The notes: generated by a model not told the origin, from the letters alone. Positions 1 to 13,519 are shown, counted from the stretch's first letter. The stretch is DNA of 64,000 bases from Balanoglossus misakiensis (GCA_040954595.2 CM082581.2:8727413-8791412); one strand, 5' to 3'. Made by a program: numbers and translations.

Positions 1-310
1 GTTATTGATTCTAAATATATATTTTATAAATGAGAAAAACCAGGCCTGAGGGTGGTTTCGATTTTCTGCTGGGGTGAAGAAGATATCATTGCTAACATTC
101 ATGTTGATACTTTTTCTCTGGCTGAGGCTGCATCCATCAAAAGTCTGTTATGAATTTACGGCGAGGCATTTTGAGTCAGATTCCTTCTTTGATCCGCTGT
201 TTGTGCGTCGTAACGAATTCTGACAAGTGACATGACTCTCTGTGTGCATTTTCCACATCATCATCATCATCACGGAAAGTAGCCTTCTCAAGTGCTGCAT
301 GTTTTGACAG

Positions 311-402
311 TGGTATGGGGCAGACCGACAGTCCCTTGTCTCATCCCAGCCATCAAACACGATCCAGTAGCCACGCGCATTAAACTTCCAGCCGAGTCTC
401 AG
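311..402 (+). CDS. Candidate internal (penultimate) coding exon of an unidentified gene entering from the left edge
   Basis: Acceptor gttttgacAG at 309-310 and weak donor CAG|gtcgtt at 402/403. Only one frame is open across the 92 nt: xTG then VWGRPTVPCLIPAIKHDPVATRIKLPAESQ. It ends in phase 0, which fits the exon at 1701. No homology recognised. Confidence 0.45.
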
Positions 403-1700
403 GTCGTTTGCTGACCCGGAAACCAAATAAACTACTCCCACTGCATTTGAATGTGAATGCGTTGTGCTGCGAAAAAAATTGCTTAGTGTTTCGATAAATG
501 GTTGAATAGGTTTTTGAGTTGTGTATGCGTCACTTAACCCAAAGCATATGGCGTAGCGTCACTGTGAAAAAAAATCCAGTGTCTGGCTTTGAAGGCATCT
601 CCATAATGTAGGCATAAATTGATACAAGGATGATGTTGAATGCATATTCCCGAGTTTTATTGGCCTGTAAAATATGTTCTCTCATGCGTCATGCCGGGCA
701 AACAATATCTCTCTTCATTCTCCTGTTTAAAACGAACAGTACTTGTAAAATACACGAGATCATAATACCATTTACGGTGTTGCGTTTAATAGCGGCTGTA
801 CGATATACCCCCGGGCGTTTTGATAGCTGGTAATCTTGTTTTCTGTATCTGCGACAAACTAAGAAAATGTGCTTCATCCAGTTATTTCCCGTGAACCGGT
901 CGACCTTGGTTCTGTAAACAGGTTTGCTGTTGTCCCGGAAAGTCCTTGAAAAAATGAACCATCCCCCTCCAGGATAATGTGATTACAATCCATCCGTAAT
1001 TTGGGGAAACTGTTCAGCAATTGCTACATGTATTCTAAGCTGAATCGTCAATTATGATTGAATCCCACGAAAATCCACACGCTGATGATGAATTGATGCA
1101 TTTGGGAGGTGCCAAGCGAAGTACATGTACTGCAATTGAATCTAGGAAAATGGAATTAAATCACCTTAAATATTCCTCAACGTCTTAAAAGCCTCTGAAT
1201 TCCCTCTCTGCATGTATAGCCACCTGTGGCGATTCCTGCACAGTTTCTGCGATCACTATTCGCATCGGTCAGACTTCGCCACACTGATCCCCTGATCGTT
1301 TACCACATGCGATATAATCGCCACAGATCTTCATATTCTCCATATTTGAGTTTAACCACACAATTTTCTGTTAGAACAGTGGATGCACATTTGATTAATA
1401 TCACTTTTAATTGTAATATTAACCAGCTTTCTGTTGTTTTCCAACTCCTTTTCATACCAGTACCTTTTAGGTCTTTTGTTCACGAAAGAATGGTTGCTTT
1501 GGTGTGTTCCCAGTTGTCCTGATCGTTAAAGGACACACGTAATGCACGCTGTGTCTGAGTACCTTCGTTTGTGTGGAAATGTTTTGGAATTCTCTCATCG
1601 AGACATTATCGGCCGAAACGTATTCGCCGCAGGAATTCCCCGCCAACGCGTATTTAGCGGCTGTTTTCATTCCTCTCTCTCTTTGTTCGTTTCCTTTCAG

Positions 1701-1751
1701 GAGATTCTGGACTCACATAGCCATGCCCTCGGGACATCCCCCGGACGGTGA
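1701..1751 (+). CDS. Candidate terminal coding exon (EILDSHSHALGTSPGR-stop) of the same gene
   Basis: Very strong acceptor ctctctctctttgttcgtttcctttcAG ending at 1700. The phase-0 frame stops at TGA 1749-1751; an alternative frame would stop at 1809. A UTR-like region with poly(A) signals follows. Confidence 0.5.
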   Translation, partial: EILDSHSHALGTSPGR

Positions 1752-3420
1752 TGGACTGAAATGGAAATTTAACTACAGCTCCAAAACGAACGGCACGTGT
1801 TACGTGTGACCTTCGAGAGAAACCACGAGAGTCCCGACTTTTTATTATATTTACACAAACGCGTAATGCAATTGTTGCGAGGGGGTGAGTCGGTGTCATT
1901 GCGAAGGCGTCAGATTCTTATCCGATGAACTTGAAATGTGGATAAAGTTAGCATGTTCTTCCTCGTACTTATAAATGGATGACCGTGCAGTCACTGTGGA
2001 GATATCCATGAACGCATCGGGAAAATCACACATCCGGATGTCACAGGTTCAACAATTACTGAATGAAAAAAAAAACACACGTAAGAAACCTGGCTCTTGA
2101 AGATTATACTACGACAGTATATTTGTAATGACCTTCATGCATTGACTCGCATTTTTCAAACTTATAATGCCATCTTTGTCGTGGAGATGAATTTTTATGA
2201 CAGTGGACAAGTCACCCAGACACGCCACTCGTCACATCGTTCCACACTGGCAAGTTGCAAAGATTTGCCGTTCGCACACTTAATGGTCTTGATTTATGGG
2301 CATAAGATCCTAATGACCGATGCTTCCTAGTATTTTATGAATTATTAAATTGTAAGTGTTTTCCCCGTCGTTTGCTCACTGGAGAATGGATTCCTGCTCT
2401 AGATATGTCATATTTCTGTGCTGTAAATAGTGACAGTTGAACCAGTTTGGTGTAATGTGAGACCGTTTTTTTCTTCGGTGACAGGTTTTAAGCATAGTTG
2501 CTTCACAAATGTAAATGCAACATCTATTTACTGGTACTGTTGGCATTAGTCTGTGTTATGCAGGATATTTAAGGTGGTGATGTCCTTGGCATGTTAGTGT
2601 CCCCTGTTAGCATTCTTTGCTGGGTTGGTTAAGGGTAAAGTCCGTTTGCTTATTTTTGTTTTCATCATGCAAGGTCATTTTGTGTTTTTGGTGTATAAAC
2701 GTAAGAAGGGATGGTCACTCAGGGCTAACAAGAAAGCTTTGGTTAAAATTCCTGTGGTACAGAAGTAGTTATTTTTTAACAGAGTGTTTCAATGATTTTT
2801 GTAGATTTTTACAAATGATCCTGTTGGTGTCCACTGTCCTTTTATGGTGAATTAGTACATGTGTCGCATGGGGTAACTAACACCTGTTGCTGTCGAAATT
2901 CTTTGCGAGGCGGAGATGGATGAGATGCACAAGTGTTGCAGACTGTAGGCTGCCCTCTGTAGACGGACTGTTTGGAGAGGTGTGGACTGGAAGAGACGAG
3001 AATTCCCACTGTTGGCAGAACGAGAACGTCGCACGGTCGCAAAGGGGACCAACCGCGTTGGGAAACACTGGCACAATATCAACTCGCTGATGAAATTGAA
3101 ATGAACCAATCTCTTGTGTGCTTTCAATCAAGCAAACAGAAATAAAGCGCTGTGATTGTGGCTCCAAAATGTCATCAAATAATCATGACGCACGTCTTTG
3201 AACACACATCTGCCGCCAACTTGTCACTCTCGACAGACACTATACTTACAGTAATAAAATGAATTATTAAAAAAAATGAAGCCATCGCTGATATGTCGGC
3301 CTGAACAGGCGTGAGAAAACATATTGGACTTTTCTGTCTGAAATCTTAATCTGCAACCATTGAGAATTGTACTTTTTGTATTGATTTTACAACTCAGTAG
3401 ATTAAATACATTGTTTATTG
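1752..3420 (+). other. Putative long 3' UTR with alternative polyadenylation signals
   Basis: T/GT-rich with many TGTA motifs and locally CpG-poor (2400-2880). AATAAA at 3141 and 3253; ATTAAA at 3401 preceded by a U-rich TGTA tract. Confidence 0.45.
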
Positions 3421-3500
3421 ATGATTTGAATCCAGTAGAGGTGTCAACTAATCTGTAGCGAGTGTGCGTCTCGCACCCCTTTGTTGCTTTGTTTGTTCCC

Positions 3501-3582
3501 AGCCAATCAGTAGGCTGTGTTGTAGTGAGTACTTCCTGTTAGCCAATCAGTGGTAGTCATTGGTTCTTCATCAACCAATCAG
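3501..3582 (+). promoter_or_regulatory. Cluster of CCAAT (NF-Y-type) boxes
   Basis: AGCCAATCAG at 3501 and 3541, reverse ATTGG near 3559, and AACCAATCAG at 3573. Spacing is 32-40 bp. Confidence 0.5.
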
Positions 3583-4204
3583 TAGCAGCCGTGTAATTTG
3601 ATAGACTGTGCTCAGAGAAATCTTCACACACTTTGGATTGTATTAAATGTGTACTTTGATGGTGCAGATTTTGATATCATGCTTGCTGTTTTATGTCCTG
3701 TGTGAGTAGAGCTCTTGGGGGCTATCATTCACGTCGTAAAAGTGACCTCTCAAATGAAATGAAAACTAATCAAAAAAATTTGGCCATTCTTCGAGGCGTT
3801 GGCATCTCATCGTTATTCTGTGTGAAACCAAGCCCTTCGAGAGAAGTTTCACAACTGCAGACAGACAGACAGAATGCGTGCACTTTCAATTTATACATCT
3901 GCATCAAACTTTAATGAACACTTAGATTTGAAGCGACACTGTCTATTGAATGTCTATTATGCGTGATTTGAAGTATATTCTGTGTGGCAGATTTGGATTG
4001 CCCGATATAATGATGGCAAGTGAAAGCGTGTCTGGTGACTTTTTTTGCTATTTTGGAACTTCTTCTGCATTGAGAATGCGTTGGGGAGAGCTGTAAACAG
4101 TTACGCAATACTGTTAAATTAGTTAATAAATCTTTTTCATATGGCATCGTTTCTACTTTCAATCACAAGAATTTGTGTTGGAGGGGAGAGAAGGTAACAC
4201 CAAG

Positions 4205-4299
4205 AATTCTAATTCTGGTAGACACGACTCTAATTTTGATTGGCAAAACTAGAGTTGCGTTGTCCAAAATTTAAAGTTGTGTCCGAAAAATTAGAGTTT
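4205..4299. repeat. Degenerate fold-back array of about 21-bp units in head-to-head orientation
   Basis: Left units resemble GACACGACTCTAATTTTG. Right units CAAAACTAGAGTTGCGTTGTC, CAAAATTTAAAGTTGTGTC and AAAAATTAGAGTTT approximate their reverse complement. Confidence 0.55.
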
Positions 4300-4754
4300 A
4301 TGATGTCATGATGTTATGATGTCAAACCTCTGCTAACCGTAACATTTTCTAAATATCTTCAATGGTGATTTTTTTGTCTGTGTCTTGAATGTACTGAGTA
4401 AGCGAAATGATGTGCAGTGCTATTGACATTTGACATTCTGTCGTCCATAGAGGCTAGATGCAGATCTGGCAGCTGCAATGCATTTGGATCATTTGATTCC
4501 AACAAGAGTCTGCCAACATCTCCTTGTGACGTCTGCCTCGGCAAACATGATATTCCTGTCTGGCCTCACGCGATCCATTTTGGAAATAAACCGGGGCACG
4601 CAAGACGGGGAGGGGAGGTCGACGCACAGGGGCTGACATAACCCTGACGTCCCCTGTGGAAGTCGATCGCACATGTCACACCCTATTGATTTGGTAGCAA
4701 GATGATAGTCAAGGTGGTAAATACTAGTACAAGTAGTGATGTTGTGAACATAAC

Positions 4755-5049
4755 CAGCTCTACGCCTCAAAATCCAAAGTCTTAGACTTTTGCTTACATT
4801 TTGATCGATTAGGCCTACTCTCTCGTAAAATTTGGGGTCCCCGTGCAAAGTTTTGAAAGAGAAAGCTAAATTTCTCAAATTTGAAATTCAATATGGCCGC
4901 CACTCTCTATATTAACTCTATTTGTATGAAAACAAAATGATGAACACCCTACTTCCTTCATTTGAAAATGCTCCGTGCAATGAACTGAAAGGTTTGGAGG
5001 ACTATCATTATTCTGAAAATCTTCCCCCGAAGCGCATACTACTACTTAA
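4755..5049. mobile_element. Decayed non-autonomous DNA-transposon-like repeat
   Basis: Contains TTTGAAATTCAATATGGCCGCC...TTAACTCTAT and ends CCCGAAGCGCATACTACTAC-TTAA. It resembles abundant TTAA-flanked marine deuterostome repeats, from recollection only and not searched. The left end is uncertain. Confidence 0.35.
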
Positions 5050-5128
5050 GGGTCAAAGTCGCTCACTTAAGACATTATTTGGGTAATTTTGTGTTTCTCA
5101 TGATAGATTATCTATGTTGTTCTGCTCA
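5046..5128 (+). mobile_element. Truncated copy of the MITE family found at 52478-52802
   Basis: TTAAGGGTCAAAGTCGCT...GACATT...GTTTCTCATGATAGATTATCTATGTTGTTCTGCT aligns by eye with TTAAAGGAGAAAAGTCGCT...GACATT...GTTTCTTTTGACAGATTATTTGTGCTATTTTGCT at 52478. Confidence 0.55.
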
Positions 5129-5251
5129 GGATTAATCACCGGATGTCGCTACTGAACTCCCGTAACATTATGTTTATGGACAAACCATATGAAGACTATA
5201 TGCTCCCTTGACATTTTCCCATCGAACACGCAAGTCACTCTAAGGGGAGAA

Positions 5252-5364
5252 CCATTTGATTTCGGGGGGGGGGGGAATAATTTTTGGGTAGATGGTGCGG
5301 AGGAAAACAAATTCTTCTGCAATGCCTTAAGAAAAAAGTAGCCTCCCCCCGAGAAATCAAATGG
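5252..5364. mobile_element. Small inverted-repeat element (MITE remnant) with G-tract/C-tract subtermini
   Basis: CCATTTGATTTC plus G12 (5252-5275) versus C6-GA-GAAATCAAATGG (5345-5364): a 12-bp perfect inverted repeat extended by complementary homopolymer runs. Confidence 0.6.
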
Positions 5365-7964
5365 CCCAGATGGACATCGCAAAGTTCTGGACATCGAACA
5401 TCATAGAAAAGTGGGTTCAACCAGACTCACTGAACTTTGGCTATAGTACAATGGATCAGTTCTTTAAATAAACCACTTTGACGTTATGATGATGATGAAA
5501 CAAACCTCTGTTCATCTGTTGCGTGAATAAAACGTCGCTATTTAGGCTTTTACATCGATCAGCAGACTTAAGCGACCGTTCACATCTTGAATCATTTGGG
5601 GGAATGCTCTAAAAAGACATCACGACACGCATTCAGTTTGCATGTTAACTGCCAACTCTTGCAGGAGATTCAATGTTTCCATGAATATCTAATGAAGAAA
5701 GGGGGTAACCTTATAACCCCCTAGAATCCATACATAACGCAAGGCGGTATTGTTTTCTTTGGTGAGCCACGCCACGCCGCGCCACTGGGGGCCCAGGAGT
5801 GCTCAGGTTAAAAATTTAATAAAATGAGTTTGTTATCTCAGATTGTTCCGACAAACAGTAGAAATTAACAGGGGATTTTCCCCTGATCTCCGACATCCCT
5901 ATCCTGTATTGACTGAGGTAATTAAGGTTTGGTGACCTTTCCAGCCCTTTTGACTTCAGTTTCTCTGACATCGATTCAAAACTTCGAACCAAAGCTTCAG
6001 TTTATCTCCCCTTTATTGTGTCCATGCGTGAGATGCGTATCTGGTTATCATTACGCATGTCCGAGAAAACTAATATGTCTTTGCCTAAAAATGTTATCAA
6101 TGTTCTGATTCACGGAAACATTAAACACAATCACGCAGGTTCCAGGAAGACTACGCACAAGAAGTATAAAGGCCTCTCCAGATTCTCTAATATTGTGAAG
6201 TGTATTAGTTTACTAATTGCCCGGGGGTCAGACAAGGTTACGGTATGTCGCCGCAGTAATCTAGAGCATAGGTATGTGTATTCGCGAGTCGAAGAGTCTG
6301 TTTGACAGCCCCAAAAGATGTGAACATTGAAAAGGCTTGGATGACTACCTTCTTGGTCACTTGCTTGGTTTTGTTAGGTGATTTTGTGCCCAAAGTGGTC
6401 TCGAAAGTATTTTATACGATGCAAACTATACCGGCTGTAATTTAACGAACATGACTAGACTTTGCATCACCGATGCTCACGAGCCACCAACTTTTATGTG
6501 ACTGTGCGCATGCAGCTGGTTTCAAAGCACCGGCTTCGGAGGCAACAGGTGGCCTCCAGACCGAAGCCGTGGCAATTTCAATTTGAAAAGAGCGCCCCAA
6601 TTCTCTGCAGAGGTCACACGGCACCCTCCAGATCTGCAGCCCTTATACACGTGTGCAACCGCGGACCTTCGCTTTCTTCGGGTTTCCTGCCAACGCAGCA
6701 ATATCTACAGTCCACATTCCGCAGAATTCGTATCGGCATTTGCAGGGTTTCATAATCACTTCTCGGAAGCTTTGGCATCCGAGCAGACCGGCCTTGCCTT
6801 CCCGTGAAATCAAGAAACCCTCGAGTTCCCCCCTCTCGTAAAGCGGCACGTGGAAAATCTCATCCATCCATGCAGGTAAAGTGAAAGTGAACTGGCTACA
6901 CGCCGTGAAGCTTGTCACGCGGCGTTCGTTTTACAGCTATAGTTCATTCATGCAGTCATAAGTAAGATGTCTATGCAATGAAGCTGCAGGTACATGTATA
7001 GTCGAGGCATCCGTTTTCGCAGCTTGGTCAACGGGCACGCCCTTACAGGTCGTACAACTGGGAGCACGAGACCGTTTTGAATGTGTCGCATTAATAGTAC
7101 ATGTTCATGGTATTTGTTAAGACCTCAGTCTTGTTGACGCTGGGAGTAATAGCGTTCAAGAGTACGGCATTGAATTGGGCCTGGAAAAGTAAGCAAACAG
7201 TGGGAATTAGCAGTTGCAAAGAGCATTTTACGAGGAGATAAATTGAGTGAAAGCTGTACATAAATTCTTTAAGAGATGCATGGTGTTCGTGAATGGCGTG
7301 CACGAATGTATCACCTGAATGCAAACTACGGTTGTATAGAGTTGTCGCCACACGTCGCTTCTTCCCAGCGACATCCGATGAAAAGGATATATATAGTATT
7401 TAACATAATATCGACATTTACAACCATTACCTGCTGAGTCTGCAATATTTTGATATCTTGCCAAAATGACTGTTATTCACATAAATAATAAGTGAAATCG
7501 TATTTACAGAAAGTTGTAAATAAAGTTGACTCCACAGTACCATGACAAGTGAATGATATTGTTTTAACCTGTGCATTCTCATCGAAAACTCTGCAATGAT
7601 TGCTCCGTCGCGAACTTATTTGGCATCCAAGGATGATTTAGCTAGTATTTTCCTGTAGTTGTAAGGCGTCTTTTTTGTATGATCATTCCACGCTGCTATC
7701 CCCTGCAGGACAGAGCCGCGAATGACTTTCCAGATTGGATTCTGTATCTGTTTGTGTTTCCGTCTATCTGCCATGCGTGCAGTGATTACTGAGACGTTCC
7801 CCATGCGACTCGTGTCTATGTTGAAATTGGCTACCTGTCATACACATCGGGCACATGGAAATATGAGACAAGGTCAAATGTAGTGCACGCCTCGACTGTT
7901 TTAAAGAACAACATGCTAGAAAAAAGTTTTCCCTGAAAGTAAAGAAAGTGGACAAGACGTGTGC

Positions 7965-8010
7965 ATGTCTGTCTGTCTGTATGTATGTATGTATGTATGT
8001 CTGGATGTAT
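7965..8010. repeat. Compound tetranucleotide microsatellite (TGTC)n(TGTA)n
   Basis: atgtctgtctgtctgtatgtatgtatgtatgtatgtctggatgtat is directly visible. Confidence 0.9.
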
Positions 8011-11000
8011 TTGTACAATGTATGAAAATATGTTTATTAATCTTGCGATTTCCACATTTTTCAGCACTTCGCTATTCTTTCATGAAGAACAATTCATCAC
8101 CGAACCGTGGCAGAAGGGAAAAGTCAGTGAAGCAAAAACCACGATTGCAAATTGTTTTGGCTGCCTATTTACTACGACTAAGGATTTCCCATTACCCTTG
8201 GCGCAGAATGTTTGATGGCTTGTGTATAAGGTATGATATTTTCTAAATAATTTATGTAGGGTTGTAGTGTGCGGGACTTGGGACCTGTATCCAGGTGTCA
8301 AAACAACATGGCGGCCACGGTTTGCCAGAGCCAGACTGAACTGGCAATGCGACTTTTAAAATGTGTCTTGTGGCCGGCCACATAGCTAAACTTTAACTGC
8401 AGCCATACGCGCAACCAATAAATGAGCGTGTTTCGTGGCGTGCGTCCTAAAATAGAACTTTTATAACGGCCAGAAATATCGCAACATTAAAATCGCACGA
8501 CTCTAAAGCGATCCAGTTTTCGCCGCTGGCTAAATCCACAAGATGGTGTCATTACTGAAACGGCAGCATCCTGTACGAGGATGCGCGTCTCTTTCCCGCA
8601 GCGCCGACAGTGACACCGCCGCGAATAATCACACCAATCTCCCCCACCCACAACCGGTCCGCTTTTTTTTAATTTACTTAATGCCTCCGTCTCACCGACA
8701 GTTTCCAATAATCTTTGATCGTTCAATCGAACAAGTAGGTGTCGTTATCTGAATCCGTGGGGGACAAACGCTCGGGTGGCACAGGAAATGGACGAGATCT
8801 CGTTTGCGACAATTTAATCAACGCCTGAAATGATGATTTCAGAAGTTGATACGAGCCCGCTTAGGTGCATTAAGTGAAAACTACTACCGACTATCGCGGC
8901 GAGCGTGTTGACACCAGAAAGTGCTTGGGTACTTGGCATTTTGCAGTAACCTATAAGGATAGGGAAATTGTGAATTGATACACGTGTTACTGCCCCCACA
9001 TATATGCAAAAAAATCCCCAAATAGCGCCGATCGCACAGTAAAGTACAGACAACCCCAAAACACCACAACGAACAAAGTCAAATCCGTGAAAGATAGATA
9101 TATGGACCTCTTGACAAAAGACCAAAGAGTGATGTCAGGTGTTTCGAAAATAATGAGTAAATCCTGCCCCAGATGTGTCACCCATATCAATCTGTATGTA
9201 AAAAGAGAGAAAGCAGTCACACCCTACAGGCAAATGTCACCGATACCGTCAGCAAACATTTGTTTGAGAGATGCATTGTATACTCAATACTAACTCGTGA
9301 CTCTCACTGAAAAAAGGTTTGAATGCAAAAACAAGCTAGCCTTCTCCTAGTGACCCTGATTTCTAAGTTTGCATAGGAGACTGTGCCTTACTGAAAGTTC
9401 ACCACGTGAAATACATGCTCTTGCATAACGAATAAGCCTTATTAATGACTGAGCGAAATGCACAACAACTGCGTTGCACTGATAAGATATTAATTTCTGA
9501 GTGTAGTTGGAATTGGACATTTCCAATTTCAAAATGTGACCCTCCATCTGGGAGAGTGTTGTAAAAACTTTACTCATGCGAAAGCTCTCTAGGTATAAAA
9601 AAAATAGAACAAGTGAAGCACATGTATAAGTAAAGAAACCGTTGTGAAGTACATGTAGAAGTATGATGACCCCGAAAAAGTCACCAAAGTTACATCAACT
9701 TTAGAAGGTGTGTAACATTTGTTTGATGTGTTGTTATGCAACCCGGGTCCTTTCTTGAAGCCCTAAATAATTTAATAGGCAAGTATGATATAGCCTGCGA
9801 TTTTATCATGATGCTAGATAATGCAAAAGGAGTCACCCTCGACTTGCAGCGCGGAAAAGTCGGCAAAAAGACTTAGGAATGACTCTACCCAAAGGCTTCG
9901 GTTCATCGATGTGTAACCCGCCGTTGATTGCTACCTGCAGCGGTCTTGTAAAACGACACACCTGATTGATCTGTGTACTTACAGATATAACTAGTTCTCG
10001 ACCAGGTGCATGTCAGGTACACGGGGGTCATCATCTATGTTTTAAACGTGGCAAGTCACCGAATGCGATCGCCCCCGGGGCTGCTATTAGGGCATGCATC
10101 TGCGTATGTACATGTTCCGCGCATAGGATTCAGTGAAAATCTGTGTTACTTGAAACTGTACACCTCTAGAAACCTTTGCTCTTGCTCAGGCGACTTCGCT
10201 TTGAAGCTATCGCAAGCCAGTTCCATTATCGTCTTCATTTTCCGGAGTAAAACAAGAGAGTCATTCCCCCCAGATCAAATCAAATATGCATAATGACTGG
10301 GCCTATACGCATTAACAGACGACGACGACCCTACAATGTGATAAGTGAAAGCTTATCTAATATCTTATCCCCCGAGTTACCCCACGTGCCTAAAAGCTCT
10401 CGAAATTTGCCGAAATTTCCAACTGTCAGGTCACTGTAATGTGAACAGGCACTCAAGTTAATGCAAGTGGGGGGAACTCCATCACGATATCGCACCGGCA
10501 AGTGTTTCAGTCCGGATAAGTTTGTTTGGCCAGACACCTGTGACGCAGGACAGGTTTCTTGAGAGGCGCAGTGGTGATGCGCTGTGGTATTGGATGTCTG
10601 ATTAGTTTTAGCCCCAGATTCTCGAGTGTCCATGTTTTAGCCGAGTCGGTAGTTTGTTGCTAACATCATTCAGTTGGAAGGATGTAGAGCTCGTTCTTCC
10701 TTGGCTCGTCTGCTGGTGTTGTCGTTTTTTCTTCTATTTTTTTGTCTGGGGGATAATAGAGTTCTGAAATCGATGTGATGGTGTGGGTGGTGTGACGTGG
10801 GTGGCTTTGAGCCAGCGCTCGTCCTTAAGGAACCCAGAAAACCATTTCATTTCAAGTTTAGGTGGTTGGCGGAGAAAGTGGCCTAGTTTATCTTGGAAAG
10901 GTAAATCTAGAACGTCTGTCCCGGCCTTCACCCGGCAATTAATAGTCTCTGATTTTATATAAGCTCAATGTTGTGTTTTATTTCTGGTCGTTCGCAGCTT

Positions 11001-13065
11001 CATGGCCGTAGCCTTGTAACCTGTGCCCCAGTTTTAATACTTAATACACTTCGGAAGCACTACGACTATACTGCTGAATTAACGACCTCCCTTGAATCAA
11101 TTCCTAACACGCAAGTCATCGTTGATGACACAGCCTCTCTCGTCCGCTGAAATCGGTGTCGGAAAATCAATATTGGCATGGCAAATGTGGTGCGTTGGCG
11201 TTTGCTCAGCTTTTTGGTAAAAAAAAGAATCGCTTCAAAAAAAGCCTACATGTAGGAGCGTCTGGCTTCTTGTCACTGTGGATTGGATAGCACATGTCAA
11301 CGTGTTTTGGGGCCTTAATGTACATTTTTGTACAGTTTACGCACTTCCTTTCTTATGTGTCAAGGTAGCAAACATCCATGCTTTCCTGTGCATGTACAGT
11401 TTTGCATATGTTTTTCCTTGAAATGCGTCGCTTAGAAAATTGTATCCGGCCAAATCAGGGAATTGGAATTATTGTCAGGGAAAAAAGATAACCTAATGCA
11501 TTACTTTTATGAATGTGACCTTACCAATAAATTTTGGATTTCATTTTAAAATTAACTATTTTCATGCCACGTGCGCAAACATTGATTTCTCTCCAGTCAA
11601 AGATATATTGTTTGGGTGTGTCCACTTAAAACAAGACTAGTCATGCGTTAAACTATTGTATCTTCCATGCGAAATGATTTATTTATGTACGGAAAAGAAG
11701 CAACAAAGACGTCTTCCTTTTCCTATTTTATTTAACAATTTAAGCGCAAGTTTCATCTCAGGAAATTGGGCCATAAAAGAAGAAAGGACATGAAACGACG
11801 TCAGTGGGAATTTTTGAATAATTGATGACCGCGTCGATCATAGTGATCATTTTATTTCTTATAACCGTCTACAACGTCTGTTTGCCCTGCCCAAACTCTG
11901 GTTTGTGTTGTCCGTTGCCCCTTTAACGTAAAAAGTAATCTTTGAAACAAAAAGTTTATAAAGTTTATAAAAGTAGAAAAACTAATGTTTGTATTATTCA
12001 ATCTCATCAGTCCGACGCGCATGCAGATTGATTCGTCCAATTCTGTTCACACTCTGTACCCGAAAGCTTGCTTGTGTCATTCTGAAAAACTCTCACACAC
12101 TCAAAACCCATGACTGTAGGCATAGTGCATTTATGGGGTGCCGGGGTCTTGTGAATTTATAGTTGTGTTTTCTCATTCTCATTAATCACGCCGAGTTTTA
12201 ATGCATGCTCAGGTAATTAATTATCTATTGAGAAGTTTCAGCAGGTGTTTCTGCTGCTCGGACTCGTGTTAATTAAGGGAGCGCACGCCCAAAACAAGCC
12301 CTGTTGTCTCAAGCTAATATTTAAATTCAACTCATGCTGACAGTATGCAAATTGTATATTGGACAGACTTTCTCACCGCATCTGTCTGTAATCTCTCCCC
12401 CCCCCCATCATTTTCCTATCATTTCTAGGGTCTTTGTACCGACGCAAACAGTTTTATCACGGGTAGATAAACTTCTCAACAGACTTCTTGTAATCATAAC
12501 GAGCCCATTTGAGTCACCGTATTGAGAAGCGTTTGAGAGTTTGTATCGACGTTTTAACACTGAAGTGAGTGACAGAAAAAATATATAACCGATCAATGCT
12601 CATGAAAAGGCCGTGGCGTCATCCCGTTTCATAATGACTGGAGATTCTGTGTTCGACTACGCATGGCGCCTGATATAAACTCGATAGAAAGAAGAAAACC
12701 ACCTATGAAGAGATCGCTTAAATTACACGTCAGTCAGTGGTGATGACAGACACGCGTTTTTGACAATGGACACCTGTCTTTACCGAGATCGACGACGTAT
12801 GCTCAGGGAAAATTGAGAAATTCCTCAGCGCGGCAGCTGTGCACACGCCCGCTAAAGATGTGCCCGACTGGTGTACACATCGCCCCGTCTAGAAAATGCT
12901 TCTAAGACTATGCCCACTTTATGGCTGGGAACTGCAGCACATCGACCGGATCCACAATCACACCAGCGTGGAATTAAATAGCGACATAAATTGTGTAAAG
13001 CGCGGAACACGATCAATCTTCCTGGATAACGAATCGTGATTCCAGACGACGCGCGGCGACGGCCA

Positions 13066-13079
13066 GTTGCCATGGGAAC
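13066..13079. promoter_or_regulatory. RFX X-box-like motif
   Basis: GTTGCCATGGGAAC closely matches the 14-bp imperfect palindrome GTHNYY-AT-RRNAAC. Confidence 0.4.
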
Positions 13080-13519
13080 TGCCGAGCAAACGAGGACTTT
13101 GTCACGCGTTAGATATTTATTCCATCTGCGTAATGGATGGCCAAATGATCGGTGAAATGCGTCCCGGACCTCGGAAAATTGTCCAGTGTGGAGGCGACTC
13201 GGCTTTGCGTGATTACAGGGCCCAGATATATCCTCTTAGACACGGTGAAGCGCAGAAGAATAATTAAAAATTAGGCAAAAAGGCCGAATTCACTGGAGCA
13301 TAATTTGCGGTAAATGATATAGAAGTGATAGATTGAAATGTTCTGCCCGGGGATTTCAACACCATTGGTATAATCACCCACCGCTAATTCATCGCTGTTT
13401 ACACGCTTTTCTCGGGTCTGTCTCTTGACAGACAAGGGGTGACAAATGGTGGAGTCTTCAATCAGATATTGTCAGTTGGCCTATAGAGGGACATAAAGGG
13501 ATAAATCAATGTTGACATC

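Noticed and set aside
148-441. Minus-strand 97-aa ORF with a poly-Met run
   Set aside because: The Met run comes from a (CAT)n microsatellite, and the + strand exon model at 311-402 fits better.
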